Of a stretch of DNA of 20,720 bases, positions 1 to 8,489 are shown piece by piece. The DNA is from an uncultured virus (IMG/VR IMGVR_UViG_3300006358_000001) (taxonomy: Duplodnaviria > Heunggongvirae > Uroviricota > Caudoviricetes). The DNA lies in IMG/VR virus record IMGVR_UViG_3300006358_000001. One strand, given 5' to 3'. The position numbers and the translations under genes are program-made. A model generated the notes under the pieces. The model saw nothing but the letters and a program-made list of their open reading frames with translations, had not been told where the DNA came from and did no database searches. Position 1 is the first letter of the stretch, and each line of letters starts with the position of its first letter.

Positions 1-345
1 GGTCGATGGCGTGATCGATATCATGACTGAGACGTCAGCCGCCTGATCGGTTGCGTTGGCCTTCGATCCCGCTCTCACCTTGAGCCAGCCCAGCGCCTGC
101 GTCCACACCTGCGCTACGTGGATCGATGTGCCGCGCCTCGCCGTGATCGTGATCTGCTGACCTTCGTCATTGACCAGATCGAAGTAGTTCACACCATCGA
201 CCGAAGTTTGAAACGTCATCACTGGCGTTGCGTGTTCGGTGTAGTCGTCGGGAATGGTGATGCGCACGACGCGACCGCCGGAGCAATCGACGCCTTCGGA
301 CAAGCTCTCACCGGCTGCGATGTTGGCTGAAAGGTTGGCGAGCAT
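1..345 (-). CDS. Probable virion-associated beta-rich protein, runs off the window (MLANLSANIAAGESLSEGVDCSGGRVVRITIP...TFQTSVDGVNYFDL...)
   Basis: Translated by hand: ATG at 345-343 overlaps the TGA of the upstream ORF; frame open to base 1; lies downstream of the portal. Function inferred from position only. Confidence 0.7.
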   Translation of the reverse strand, partial: MLANLSANIAAGESLSEGVDCSGGRVVRITIPDDYTEHATPVMTFQTSVDGVNYFDLVNDEGQQITITARRGTSIHVAQVWTQALGWLKVRAGSKANATDQAADVSVMISITPST

Positions 346-557
346 CACTTGTTCTCCCACTTGCTTTCGACGGAGTCATAGACCCACTCACCCGTGCGAT
401 AGATGCCGTCCTTCTCATCCTGATACTTCTGGATGCGAAGCTGCATGTCCTTGTAGTCCTCGAACTCCCAGTAGCCGGGACCGAACTGGCTGTAGTCCGG
501 CGGATCAGGATCGTCGATCCACGGCGCGAAGTTCGGCTCGCTGCGAATGCGGCTCAT
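345..557 (-). CDS. Small acidic/aromatic hypothetical protein (70 aa)
   Basis: ORF track; start overlaps the portal stop (ATGA) and stop overlaps the next start (TGATG). Confidence 0.75.
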   Translation of the reverse strand: MSRIRSEPNFAPWIDDPDPPDYSQFGPGYWEFEDYKDMQLRIQKYQDEKDGIYRTGEWVYDSVESKWENK

Positions 558-3500
558 AGCTTGATGCCCTTCTTCTTCGCGAGATTGATCAGGCTCTTCT
601 CGTAATCGGAGTCACGCTCCTTCGGCATCACGCCCATTTGCTCCCACAAATCTTTCTCAGGCCACCACCATGTCGCCTGCGCACCTGCGGGTGTGAGCCG
701 ATAGCCGTCTTCCTTGTTCAGCTTGTCGATTGCGCCGTGCATGATCTCGGTGATCCACTTGCGCTGAGCACCCGATGCAGGTTGCTCGTTGAGCTTGCCC
801 TTGTCGTACAGCACGAGCCGCTCAGCAGCGCCGACCAGTTCGCTCTTCTTGTACTTCTCGCCGGGCTTCTTCGTCTCCTGCCACTTCTTGTACGCCTTCT
901 CGTGACGCGCCTCGACTTCGTATGCACGCGCGATCAATTCCTTCTTCGATAGTTCGCCATCACCACCGTGAGCGAGCACGCGCTGCATGCGCTCAAGCTG
1001 TCCGCTCATGTCATCGTTGACGCCTGTGCCAGTGAGACGTCCCCACGAGCGCATCAGCCACAAGTCCATCGTGATCGGATTAAAGTTGCCGTTGAGGTTC
1101 TGATAGAAGCCGTTGCCGATCTTCGGTCCGAGATACGCGGAGCCGAGCACCATGTCGTCCTTGTTGGTCGCGCCGGGCTCGACGCCCTTCTTCGTGCCAA
1201 GGATCACGCCAGTGCGCTTCTCCAGATCACGCGCCGTCATCTCCTCGTTGAAGAACTCGATGGTCTTATCGATCCCGATCTGATCGATCATCTTGTTGAC
1301 CTTGATCAGGTTGTTCGAGATGTTCGGATCAGCAGCGCTGATGTCGAGCGGGAAGCGACCGTTGCCCGGCGACTTCTCTTCCTGTTCGAGATAGCTGGTG
1401 TAAGCCTGATCGGCGAGATCGGCAGAACGGGAAACGATCTCACCCTGCGATGTGATCGCGAGCGCCACCGTGTACATGAACTTCTGACGCGGATCGTCGG
1501 CCATGCCGGGATATATCTTCTCGGCAACGCTCATCGCCCGCTTCATCGTGTCGTCGTACCAATACTCGCCACCCTTGCCGTTGATCAGCGCATCGCGCAT
1601 TTCAAGCGCAACGAGATCGGTCAGGAATTTGTCGCTCTCCGGCGTGCGGTTCTCGACGGTCAATTCCTTGACGCCGAACTTCTCTTCGATGATCCCCTGC
1701 GCACGCTTCATGATCATCTTCGCGGCGTCGCCGACGTTGACCTCGCCACGCTTGATGTTCGGATGCTCCGACGTCAGCGACATCGATGTCAGTCGGTATC
1801 CCGGCGTGTCGGTTCGCTGGCTCCAATGATCGCTGACACCCTTCCAGATGTCTTTTGCTCCCGGTACTTGGGATTCTGCAATGACGCTTTCGTATACTTC
1901 TCGGCTGCGGTCTCTTTGCTGTCGCTCCGTGCCGTCTTCTGGGAGTGTTTCTGGTGGGACGAATTCTCCGTGTCCCTTCTCGTAGTCGATGGGGTTGTCA
2001 TTGCCGTACCTCTCTGCAGCCTTGTTGATCGCATCGAAGCTCTCGCCGTCGAGATCAGCGACGTAGACTGTAGCGCCGCCACCTTCCTTCGGCACGATGG
2101 TATGGAATGCGAGTCCGTCCTTCAGCAGGTTGCGATGGATCGCAGCGAGTTCACCCTCCGCCTCGAAGTGTGCGAGCACCGACTTGCCGCCGTCCTCCTG
2201 CTTGAACACCAGCACCTGCTTCTGATCGAAGATGTGGCCCTTCATCACAGCAGCGAGCTTGATCTCTTCGTATGATCCCTGCGCCGTGGTCATCAGCGAA
2301 TTCTCTGCACCGTCTGCCCACGCGCCGAGAATGTTGACGTCCTTCGCGCTCTTCAGCCCGACCTTCTCGTTGATGTCGTCGGACACGACGCGCATCTTCT
2401 TCTGCTGTGCGGAGCCCAACTCGCGCACGGCTTCCTTGAAGTCGAGGTTGGTCTTCACGCTGGGCGATACGAACTCCGTGCTCCTGCCACCCTTGCTCGC
2501 GTTCTGCAGCTTGCTGTGGATGACGGTCTCGCCCTTCTCGTTCTTGCTGGTGAACGTCGCGCCTTCCTTCGTCGCGGTGTACTGCGCACGCGCGTGCTGC
2601 AGATATCCCTCACGCGCAGCCTTCTGCGCTTTCCTCACAGCGGGATGAACCTTCTCGCCCTTCTTGTGCGGCGCTGGCTTGCCTTGCTTGCCGCCGCTGT
2701 ATCCACCGGGACCGAACTGGCCAGCGTTCTCAGGTTGACCGCGCGGGTGATCCTCTTCACGCCAGATCGCATCGAAGATGCGCTTCACCAGCCAGCCCTT
2801 GAAGCCTGCGTCCTCGCTGTCCTCCGCGAATTCCTCTTCCTCGATGCGCTCGCCGTTCTCATCGAAGCCCGGTGCTGGCAGCAACTTCTGTTCGTGCTGA
2901 TGCAGCGCGTGTTCTGCGATCATGTCTTCATCGATAGCGGACTCTTCCAGCGCAGCTTCGAGACCGGGATACGTTCCGTCCTCGATCAACTGGTTCTGCC
3001 GACCCTTCGCCAATGCATCAGGCGGAATCAATCCGGCGTTGACGTCGATCATGTTCGCCTGCGCCTTCTGCAAAGCAATCGACGCTTTCTCTGCATCGCT
3101 CTGCTGCCAGAGCGAAGTCCATTCGTAATAGATGTTCTTGTCGGTCTTCCCCAGTGCCGATTGCTGGATCACCCTGTCGAGCTTCTCCAGCGCTGGCGTC
3201 AGCCGCAATATCTGATCGGAGTGAATGCGGTCGTAGTAATTCTGCAGATCACTATCGCCAGTCGCATTCAATCCTGCAGGCGACATGCCAAGGAAGCGCG
3301 TCACCGGAATATCGGCAGCACCTGCCGCGATCTGCAGATACATCTGCAGTATCTCCGGCATGCCACGGAATTGCACTTGGATGCGCTGCCAGTCCTCTTC
3401 AGCGTCGATCAGGATGGAATTGACAATCGACTTCGCGACGTTCGCTTCCGTCATGCGCTTGACCATGCGCTGCGTGCCGTCGGTGGTCGAGAAGATTTCA

Positions 3501-4198
3501 GTGAGACCGGGAATCTTGATGACGTCGATCTTCGCTTCAGCGATCAACGTGGCCAAGCTGCCCATCACCGATCCCGCCGACGACACCGCGTCGTGGATCA
3601 CTTGCAACATCGGATCGCCCCAACCGAAGTTCGCCATCGGGTCAGGCGGATCGAGACCGATCAGGCGCACCATGCGCGATGGATGGATCATCACATCGCC
3701 GAACGTGCCGTTGGTGTCGTTGATCTTGTAGTGCTCCGGCATGCCGTAGTACGGCGACGAGATGTCCTTGATGATTTCCTGCGGCGCGAGTTGATGCGGT
3801 GCGAACACGTGCACGAACTTCAGCCCGTCTTTCTTCACCGTCTTCGGATCAAGCTCGCTCGCCATGTCACCATCAACGCCGATCAGCATGCACGAGCCGC
3901 CATAGAGCCGCGACTTGACCAGCGCATCCTGCAGCTTCTGCTGTATCAGCAGCCGCTTCTCCGTCTCTTCGAGTAGCTCGATCTGATTCTGTTCGGCCTG
4001 CCACGCACGCCATTCGCGCACGCTGTCCATTGCAGGGATCGCGATTGCCTTGCGTGCGATCCAGTCGGATTGATACGACGCTTCGAGTTGCTCGCGCGTC
4101 CACAGTTGCTTGACGTACCTGAACCCAGTCGACTTATCCCGGCCAGCGATGCCGAGCCCGGACAGGAAGTTCGTGAACGTGTCGAACATGTAAGCCAT
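554..4198 (-). CDS. Phage portal protein (DUF1073/HI1409-like) with long C-terminal extension
   Basis: N-terminal ~420 aa carry DUF1073-type motifs (YQSDWIARKAIAIPA, SRLYGGS, IHPSRMVR, AGAADIPVTRFLGMSPAGLNATGDSDLQNYYD); downstream of TerL; then an acidic linker and ~750 extra aa. Confidence 0.88.
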   Translation of the reverse strand: MAYMFDTFTNFLSGLGIAGRDKSTGFRYVKQLWTREQLEASYQSDWIARKAIAIPAMDSVREWRAWQAEQNQIELLEETEKRLLIQQKLQDALVKSRLYGGSCMLIGVDGDMASELDPKTVKKDGLKFVHVFAPHQLAPQEIIKDISSPYYGMPEHYKINDTNGTFGDVMIHPSRMVRLIGLDPPDPMANFGWGDPMLQVIHDAVSSAGSVMGSLATLIAEAKIDVIKIPGLTEIFSTTDGTQRMVKRMTEANVAKSIVNSILIDAEEDWQRIQVQFRGMPEILQMYLQIAAGAADIPVTRFLGMSPAGLNATGDSDLQNYYDRIHSDQILRLTPALEKLDRVIQQSALGKTDKNIYYEWTSLWQQSDAEKASIALQKAQANMIDVNAGLIPPDALAKGRQNQLIEDGTYPGLEAALEESAIDEDMIAEHALHQHEQKLLPAPGFDENGERIEEEEFAEDSEDAGFKGWLVKRIFDAIWREEDHPRGQPENAGQFGPGGYSGGKQGKPAPHKKGEKVHPAVRKAQKAAREGYLQHARAQYTATKEGATFTSKNEKGETVIHSKLQNASKGGRSTEFVSPSVKTNLDFKEAVRELGSAQQKKMRVVSDDINEKVGLKSAKDVNILGAWADGAENSLMTTAQGSYEEIKLAAVMKGHIFDQKQVLVFKQEDGGKSVLAHFEAEGELAAIHRNLLKDGLAFHTIVPKEGGGATVYVADLDGESFDAINKAAERYGNDNPIDYEKGHGEFVPPETLPEDGTERQQRDRSREVYESVIAESQVPGAKDIWKGVSDHWSQRTDTPGYRLTSMSLTSEHPNIKRGEVNVGDAAKMIMKRAQGIIEEKFGVKELTVENRTPESDKFLTDLVALEMRDALINGKGGEYWYDDTMKRAMSVAEKIYPGMADDPRQKFMYTVALAITSQGEIVSRSADLADQAYTSYLEQEEKSPGNGRFPLDISAADPNISNNLIKVNKMIDQIGIDKTIEFFNEEMTARDLEKRTGVILGTKKGVEPGATNKDDMVLGSAYLGPKIGNGFYQNLNGNFNPITMDLWLMRSWGRLTGTGVNDDMSGQLERMQRVLAHGGDGELSKKELIARAYEVEARHEKAYKKWQETKKPGEKYKKSELVGAAERLVLYDKGKLNEQPASGAQRKWITEIMHGAIDKLNKEDGYRLTPAGAQATWWWPEKDLWEQMGVMPKERDSDYEKSLINLAKKKGIKL

Positions 4199-4201
4199 CG
4201 A

Positions 4202-4399
4202 TCAGACCTTCAACTCACGTTCGATTTCCGAAACGATCTCTTCCCGTGAGCGACCGTTCTTGTTGATCAAATACAATTCGATGTCGTACAGCAGCGAGTT
4301 CAGCAGCGCCTTGCGCTCTTCCGTCGCCCCCAGCATTCCCTTGCCCGTCGCACGCTGGCTGATGATCTTCGCAGCGTCGCGTATCTCATCATCGGTCAC
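4202..4399 (-). CDS. Hypothetical protein (65 aa)
   Basis: ORF track; GTGA overlap with the upstream ORF; ends 3 nt before the portal start. Confidence 0.65.
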   Translation of the reverse strand: MTDDEIRDAAKIISQRATGKGMLGATEERKALLNSLLYDIELYLINKNGRSREEIVSEIERELKV

Positions 4400-4695
4400 A
4401 TGTCACCGCCGTTGCCAGAGCGACCAGTGCCGCTCCAGTGCGATGGCTTAACAACGCGCGGCCCATCGTCATCGATGCCCTGCGCAACCTTCATCGCGTT
4501 GGACATGTCGCCCATCGTGCGTGCGCACAGTCCATGCGGATCGAGCGACTGCTCCAGCATGATCCACGGCACCAGTCCGGCGATGGTGTGCCTGCCTCTT
4601 GCCAGAGTGAACAGCAGACCTTCGATCTCCAGCGCCACCGTGATGTCCATTGCCCATCCGGTCTTCGCTATGCCTGCGAGCGTTTCAACTTTCAT
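4396..4695 (-). CDS. Hypothetical protein (99 aa)
   Basis: ORF track; 4-nt overlaps at both ends. Confidence 0.65.
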   Translation of the reverse strand: MKVETLAGIAKTGWAMDITVALEIEGLLFTLARGRHTIAGLVPWIMLEQSLDPHGLCARTMGDMSNAMKVAQGIDDDGPRVVKPSHWSGTGRSGNGGDM

Positions 4696-4880
4696 TTGTC
4701 ATCCCACCTCTTGATCGCATCCATCATCAGCAGCGCAGGCACTTCCTGATTGCTGTACTCGCCTTGCGTAGCATGCGCACCGACGCGGATCGCGCACCAG
4801 TAGACCAGACGACGCGGCAGCTTCCACGCGATAGCAGCCAGTATCTTGTCGCGGTCAAACCATTTGTCGGCGTGGTTCAT
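4692..4880 (-). CDS. Hypothetical Trp-rich phage protein (62 aa)
   Basis: ORF track; ATGA overlaps at both ends. Confidence 0.7.
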   Translation of the reverse strand: MNHADKWFDRDKILAAIAWKLPRRLVYWCAIRVGAHATQGEYSNQEVPALLMMDAIKRWDDK

Positions 4881-5104
4881 CCGCGAAACCTTATCTTCTC
4901 AACATCGACGACAACGCCCGGATTGGTGAGCACGAAGCTCTCCTTCATCCGCTCCCACTTCGTGTGCCGCACGTACATGCGCAGCGAGTCGTTGCTCATC
5001 AGGATGTTCTCTTGCGTGAGCATCGCGAGGATGCCCGGCGGAATCTCCACAGCGAGCGCGTCGTCGTCTGGCACGATGATCACGTGGGTGCCCTTCGGCA
5101 GCAT
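4877..5104 (-). CDS. Hypothetical protein (75 aa)
   Basis: ORF track; GAGGA RBS upstream; coupled to the next ORF. Confidence 0.7.
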   Translation of the reverse strand: MLPKGTHVIIVPDDDALAVEIPPGILAMLTQENILMSNDSLRMYVRHTKWERMKESFVLTNPGVVVDVEKIRFRG

Positions 5105-5114
5105 CAGTCGATCC

Positions 5115-5279
5115 TCATAGGCTAAGCCCTATCGCTGCAAGAACGCTCACGGTGAGCACGATGCTGATCACTGCCCAGTCAGCGCGACCGCTCCAGTCCT
5201 TGACGTCGTCGATCCAGTCGCGCCGTCGCCCACGCAGAGCGTCCTGCTTGTCGGTGATCAGCTTCTCCAGATCGCACAT
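5115..5279 (-). CDS. Small membrane protein with C-terminal TM helix (~54 aa)
   Basis: 3' part of ORF 5115..5387; GGAG 6 nt before ATG 5279; ends WAVISIVLTVSVLAAIGLSL. Confidence 0.6.
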   Translation of the reverse strand: MCDLEKLITDKQDALRGRRRDWIDDVKDWSGRADWAVISIVLTVSVLAAIGLSL

Positions 5280-5295
5280 CACCATCTCCGCTCGC

Positions 5296-5490
5296 TCAGT
5301 GCACGCTCTGCATCTCACGCTCAACAGCGGCCACAATTTCGTGGCGCTGCAGAATTGTCTCTCTGCCTTCAAGCATGGCTTCAGCATCGAAGATCAAATC
5401 CCACCATGCGTGCTGCGGTCCGACACGTGCAGCAATCCCTCGCATGATCTCCACCGCTCGAACGAATTGCCGATGATCCATCATGCTCAC
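5296..5490 (-). CDS. Hypothetical protein (~62-64 aa)
   Basis: ORF track 5296..5496; GTG at 5490 overlaps the TerL stop; alternative ATG at 5484. Confidence 0.6.
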   Translation of the reverse strand: MSMMDHRQFVRAVEIMRGIAARVGPQHAWWDLIFDAEAMLEGRETILQRHEIVAAVEREMQSVH

Positions 5491-6953
5491 ACCCACGACA
5501 GCGAGCGATCATATGTGCCGACGGATGCGGCGAGCTTGTTGAACGCGCCCGCTGTTGCATCGACCTGATCGTCGTTCCTGCCATTCGGGAATTCTTCGTG
5601 CTCCTGCAGGAATTCCCTATTCCATCCTGCGGCCTTGATCGAGACCTGTCCAGCCTGAACCTGCGCTGCATAGGGTTCGGCGCGAACTTCTTTCGACCCG
5701 GTCACCTTGTCGAGCTTCACCGTGAAGCCCTTGAACTTGCGTGCCGACGCTTCGGCTGACTCCTTGCCGCCCGATCCCGGCTCTTGCTCGAACCAGATTT
5801 CATATCGAGGGCACATCGCCTTGTCTGCGATGGCTGCTTGCATGATGCGGTCGTCGCGTTCGAGCGATCCCCACTGGCCACGGATCACATCCTCGACGAC
5901 GGTCGTGCCGTTCTTCATCTCGTGCACCAGCGATGCGCAAGTGTAGTCGCCGTCGCCTTGCGATGATGCCTTGTCCACGTAGCGCACGCTGCGCTTGATC
6001 TCTCGTCGATCCACGGAAGCGATGACGTTGAAGCGCTCCGTCGGAAACATGTCGCCGCCTGCAGCGATGGGCGACTGCTGATAGATCGATTGCCAGCCCG
6101 ACAGCGTGAGCACCTTCTTGCGCTCCATCAGGAATTCGACTGGCTTCAATCTGGGGAAGAGCGCCTGACCTTTCTTGCGATACTCCTCATCGACCTCAGC
6201 GATGGCGGGATAGCGCAGCACCTTCGTCTTCGGAAACATCTCGATCCATCTGCCGAGCGGATCGTCGAGGTGCCAGCGTGTCATGATCATCAGGATGCCA
6301 GCCTTGTCGCTGAACCTGCCGAAGAAGTCGTCGGTCATCCACGCCCATGTCTTATCGCGGATTGTCTTCGACATCGCTTCGGCGCGACCCTTCATCGGAT
6401 CGTCGATGATGCCGAGATCGAGACCGAGCCCGTTGATCTGGCCCATCACCGTGGTGTTTCGGAAGCTGCCGTTCTTGCCGACGTATTCAAGCAGCGAGCT
6501 ATTGCGTATCCATCGAGCGCTATCGGTCGAGGTGTTCGAGGTGTTCAGCCGCGTCTCAGGGAATGCGACCCGGTACGCGTAGCTGTCGAACAGGCGCTGC
6601 AGCGAGAGGTTCACGCGCACGCCGAGATCGTCAGAGTAGCTGCCGAAGATCGTCTTGAGATTTGGATTCTTGCCAGCGCACCACGCGGTGAAGTCGGTCA
6701 CGGTCTCTGTCTTGCCGTGCTGCGGCGGTGCCATCATCACGAGCGCAGGACGTTTGCCTGCGACCATGTCCTCGTAGAATTGCTGGAGATGTCGAGCGGC
6801 ATCGCGTTGCCACCAGCCCTTGATCATCGTCGGATGCATCAGCTTGCGGAATTCCCAGAAGTTATTCTGTGCACCGAGAGCCGCAGCACCCTCAAACACT
6901 TTCACATCTGGAGCAAAGAATTCCTCCGTCCTCTCCGGAGCGAATTGAACCAC
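5487..6953 (-). CDS. terL: Terminase large subunit
   Basis: Walker A MAPPQHGKT, Walker B LGIIDDP, motif III IMTRWH, YQQSP linker, nuclease motifs YVDKA, EQEPGSGG and DDQVDA. Confidence 0.95.
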   Translation of the reverse strand: MVQFAPERTEEFFAPDVKVFEGAAALGAQNNFWEFRKLMHPTMIKGWWQRDAARHLQQFYEDMVAGKRPALVMMAPPQHGKTETVTDFTAWCAGKNPNLKTIFGSYSDDLGVRVNLSLQRLFDSYAYRVAFPETRLNTSNTSTDSARWIRNSSLLEYVGKNGSFRNTTVMGQINGLGLDLGIIDDPMKGRAEAMSKTIRDKTWAWMTDDFFGRFSDKAGILMIMTRWHLDDPLGRWIEMFPKTKVLRYPAIAEVDEEYRKKGQALFPRLKPVEFLMERKKVLTLSGWQSIYQQSPIAAGGDMFPTERFNVIASVDRREIKRSVRYVDKASSQGDGDYTCASLVHEMKNGTTVVEDVIRGQWGSLERDDRIMQAAIADKAMCPRYEIWFEQEPGSGGKESAEASARKFKGFTVKLDKVTGSKEVRAEPYAAQVQAGQVSIKAAGWNREFLQEHEEFPNGRNDDQVDATAGAFNKLAASVGTYDRSLSWV

Positions 6954-6954
6954 G

Positions 6955-7296
6955 TCACTTTCCCTTCAGCTTCTGCCTTGCCAGTTGCGCTTCGAGTATA
7001 GCGACGTCGCGAGTGTACGCGTTCATCAGCTTCTGCACTCGCTTGTATTCCGACTTGGTCGGACCGTGCTTCGCTGCGCTGTCGATCAGGCCCTCGAACT
7101 TCGGCGCACGTGCAACGGCACCAGCGAGATCGAACTTGCCCGGACCGCCATGCGTCGCGCTGATCTCATCCTTCAGCGTGCGCTCGTTGTCCCACACCGG
7201 CTCAAGGCCTGTCTTCAATCGAGCGAACAGCTTGTTCAGTTCAAGCAGTTGCTCTTGCAGCGCAGCAATGGCTTCGGGCGATGCTTCGTCACTCAT
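6955..7296 (-). CDS. Hypothetical helical protein (113 aa) between TerS and TerL
   Basis: ORF track; overlaps the TerS end and stops 1 nt before the TerL start. Confidence 0.7.
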   Translation of the reverse strand: MSDEASPEAIAALQEQLLELNKLFARLKTGLEPVWDNERTLKDEISATHGGPGKFDLAGAVARAPKFEGLIDSAAKHGPTKSEYKRVQKLMNAYTRDVAILEAQLARQKLKGK

Positions 7297-7693
7297 CGGG
7301 ATCGAGATCGTCCTCGACCAGATCGGGACGCATCACCCTCAGTGCGATCTCCATCGAGATGCCACGGCTGGCCAACTCGCGGCGCACGTCATCGACCGAA
7401 TGGTAGGTGACCTCCTCCTTCTGATCCAGACCGCCACGGGTCTCGATCTGGAGCGGGATCACCTTGCCCAGCATCGAACAGAACGCCTTCATGTCGTCAC
7501 GTGCGACGCGGCGCATGTAGCCGACCAGCTTGCCCTTGCCCTTGCCGTCTTCGCCTTCGAGTTCAGCGGCGAGGAGGAGGGCGTCGCGCAGGATGCGTGT
7601 CGTCTTCGTGCTGGTGCCCGGCCTGCGACCGGGATTGCCCGGCTTGAACCGTTGCGGAAACCGTTCTGGTTCTGGTGTGGGTTGCTGATCCAT
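7289..7693 (-). CDS. terS: Probable terminase small subunit
   Basis: ATG 7693 with GAGG RBS; FKPGNPGRRPG N-terminal motif typical of small-terminase-like (DUF5681-like) proteins; upstream of TerL. Confidence 0.7.
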   Translation of the reverse strand: MDQQPTPEPERFPQRFKPGNPGRRPGTSTKTTRILRDALLLAAELEGEDGKGKGKLVGYMRRVARDDMKAFCSMLGKVIPLQIETRGGLDQKEEVTYHSVDDVRRELASRGISMEIALRVMRPDLVEDDLDPDE

Positions 7694-7734
7694 GCTCGTA
7701 GTCCTCTCGTTAATTACGTGAGAAATCGAGCGAC

Positions 7735-7764
7735 AGCCTACCGGCGGGCCACGGTGAACGTCAA
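7735..7764 (-). promoter_or_regulatory. Candidate late promoter TTGACG-N18-TAGGCT, overlapping an ops-like GCCGGTAGGCTG
   Basis: Minus strand -35 at 7764-7759 and -10 at 7740-7735; inverted repeat CGGTGA/TCACCG flanks the -35. Confidence 0.5.
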
Positions 7765-7797
7765 TCACCGATCAACCGCACACGTGATGGTCCCTGA

Positions 7798-8274
7798 CTA
7801 TGCGGTTTGCAGGAGACCCGGTGCCAGTTCGACGCGTCCCAACGCATCTAGCAGAACAATCTCACGCTGGCGAGATGTCTGCCCTTGGTAGATGCCGCGC
7901 TGTCCGTCGAGTAGTCCGCCGACGACCTGCACACCCTGTCCCTGTTTGAAGCGTGACTTCTTCAGGTGGATGAGCCCGTCGGAATGTTCTTGTTGTTTCA
8001 TTCGATCAACCCAGCCCTTCGGAAGATAGGCCGGGCGTTCTCCGTTCATGATCAGGTTCGAGACGCCGAACGTCGAGAGGATGGCGTGCCACTGGTGCTC
8101 GATCCAGACGAACACGTAGCGAGGAAACAGCCAGCGTGCTTCGTGGACTTTGCGACCGCGCACGACGCGCACGATCTTCTCTCGCGGCGCGTAGCAGGAG
8201 AAGCCTTGTCGCTCAAGGTGCCGGATCGCGCGGTGTTCGCTGGATGGCTGAGCTTGCACGACGGACCAGAACAA
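7798..8274 (-). CDS. NusG/RfaH-family transcription antitermination factor
   Basis: NGN domain (WSVVQAQPSSE, LFPRYVFV, STFGVSNLI) plus KOW motif (FKQGQGVQVVGGLLDG); likely TTG start at 8274 with GGAGG 6 nt upstream (ORF track extends to 8307). Confidence 0.9.
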   Translation of the reverse strand: MFWSVVQAQPSSEHRAIRHLERQGFSCYAPREKIVRVVRGRKVHEARWLFPRYVFVWIEHQWHAILSTFGVSNLIMNGERPAYLPKGWVDRMKQQEHSDGLIHLKKSRFKQGQGVQVVGGLLDGQRGIYQGQTSRQREIVLLDALGRVELAPGLLQTA

Positions 8275-8305
8275 CGGCGACCTCCCTGATTCGCAGTTGC
8301 CGCGC

Positions 8306-8336
8306 ATTCTGCGGAGCGCTCTGCCGCAGCGTCAAG
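8306..8336 (-). promoter_or_regulatory. Candidate leftward promoter cTTGACG-N18-CAGAAT for the NusG-like gene
   Basis: -35 at 8335-8330, -10 at 8311-8306; same -35 hexamer and spacing as the candidate at 7764. Confidence 0.45.
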
Positions 8337-8489
8337 CCTGTCCCTTGGGACAAGGGCGAATCGCAGCCTTCGGAATTCCAGCATTTATCGCTCCCGGTGT
8401 GCGCGATTTGGCCCTGTATCCCGGCGCACCCTGCCGGACAGGCCGGATTTCGGCTGTGTTTCCAGCGCCTTAACCCCATACAAATATCG

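Noticed and set aside
2940..4198. Calling the portal an anti-CBASS Acb1 nuclease, a label sometimes attached to DUF1073 proteins
   Set aside because: No convincing pair of HxT/S 2H-phosphoesterase motifs recognised; motifs and position indicate a portal
968..7891. Long plus-strand ORFs (968..2275, 2516..3976, 6090..7001, 6869..7891)
   Set aside because: Antisense shadows of portal, TerL and TerS caused by GC-rich codon bias; no motifs or RBS
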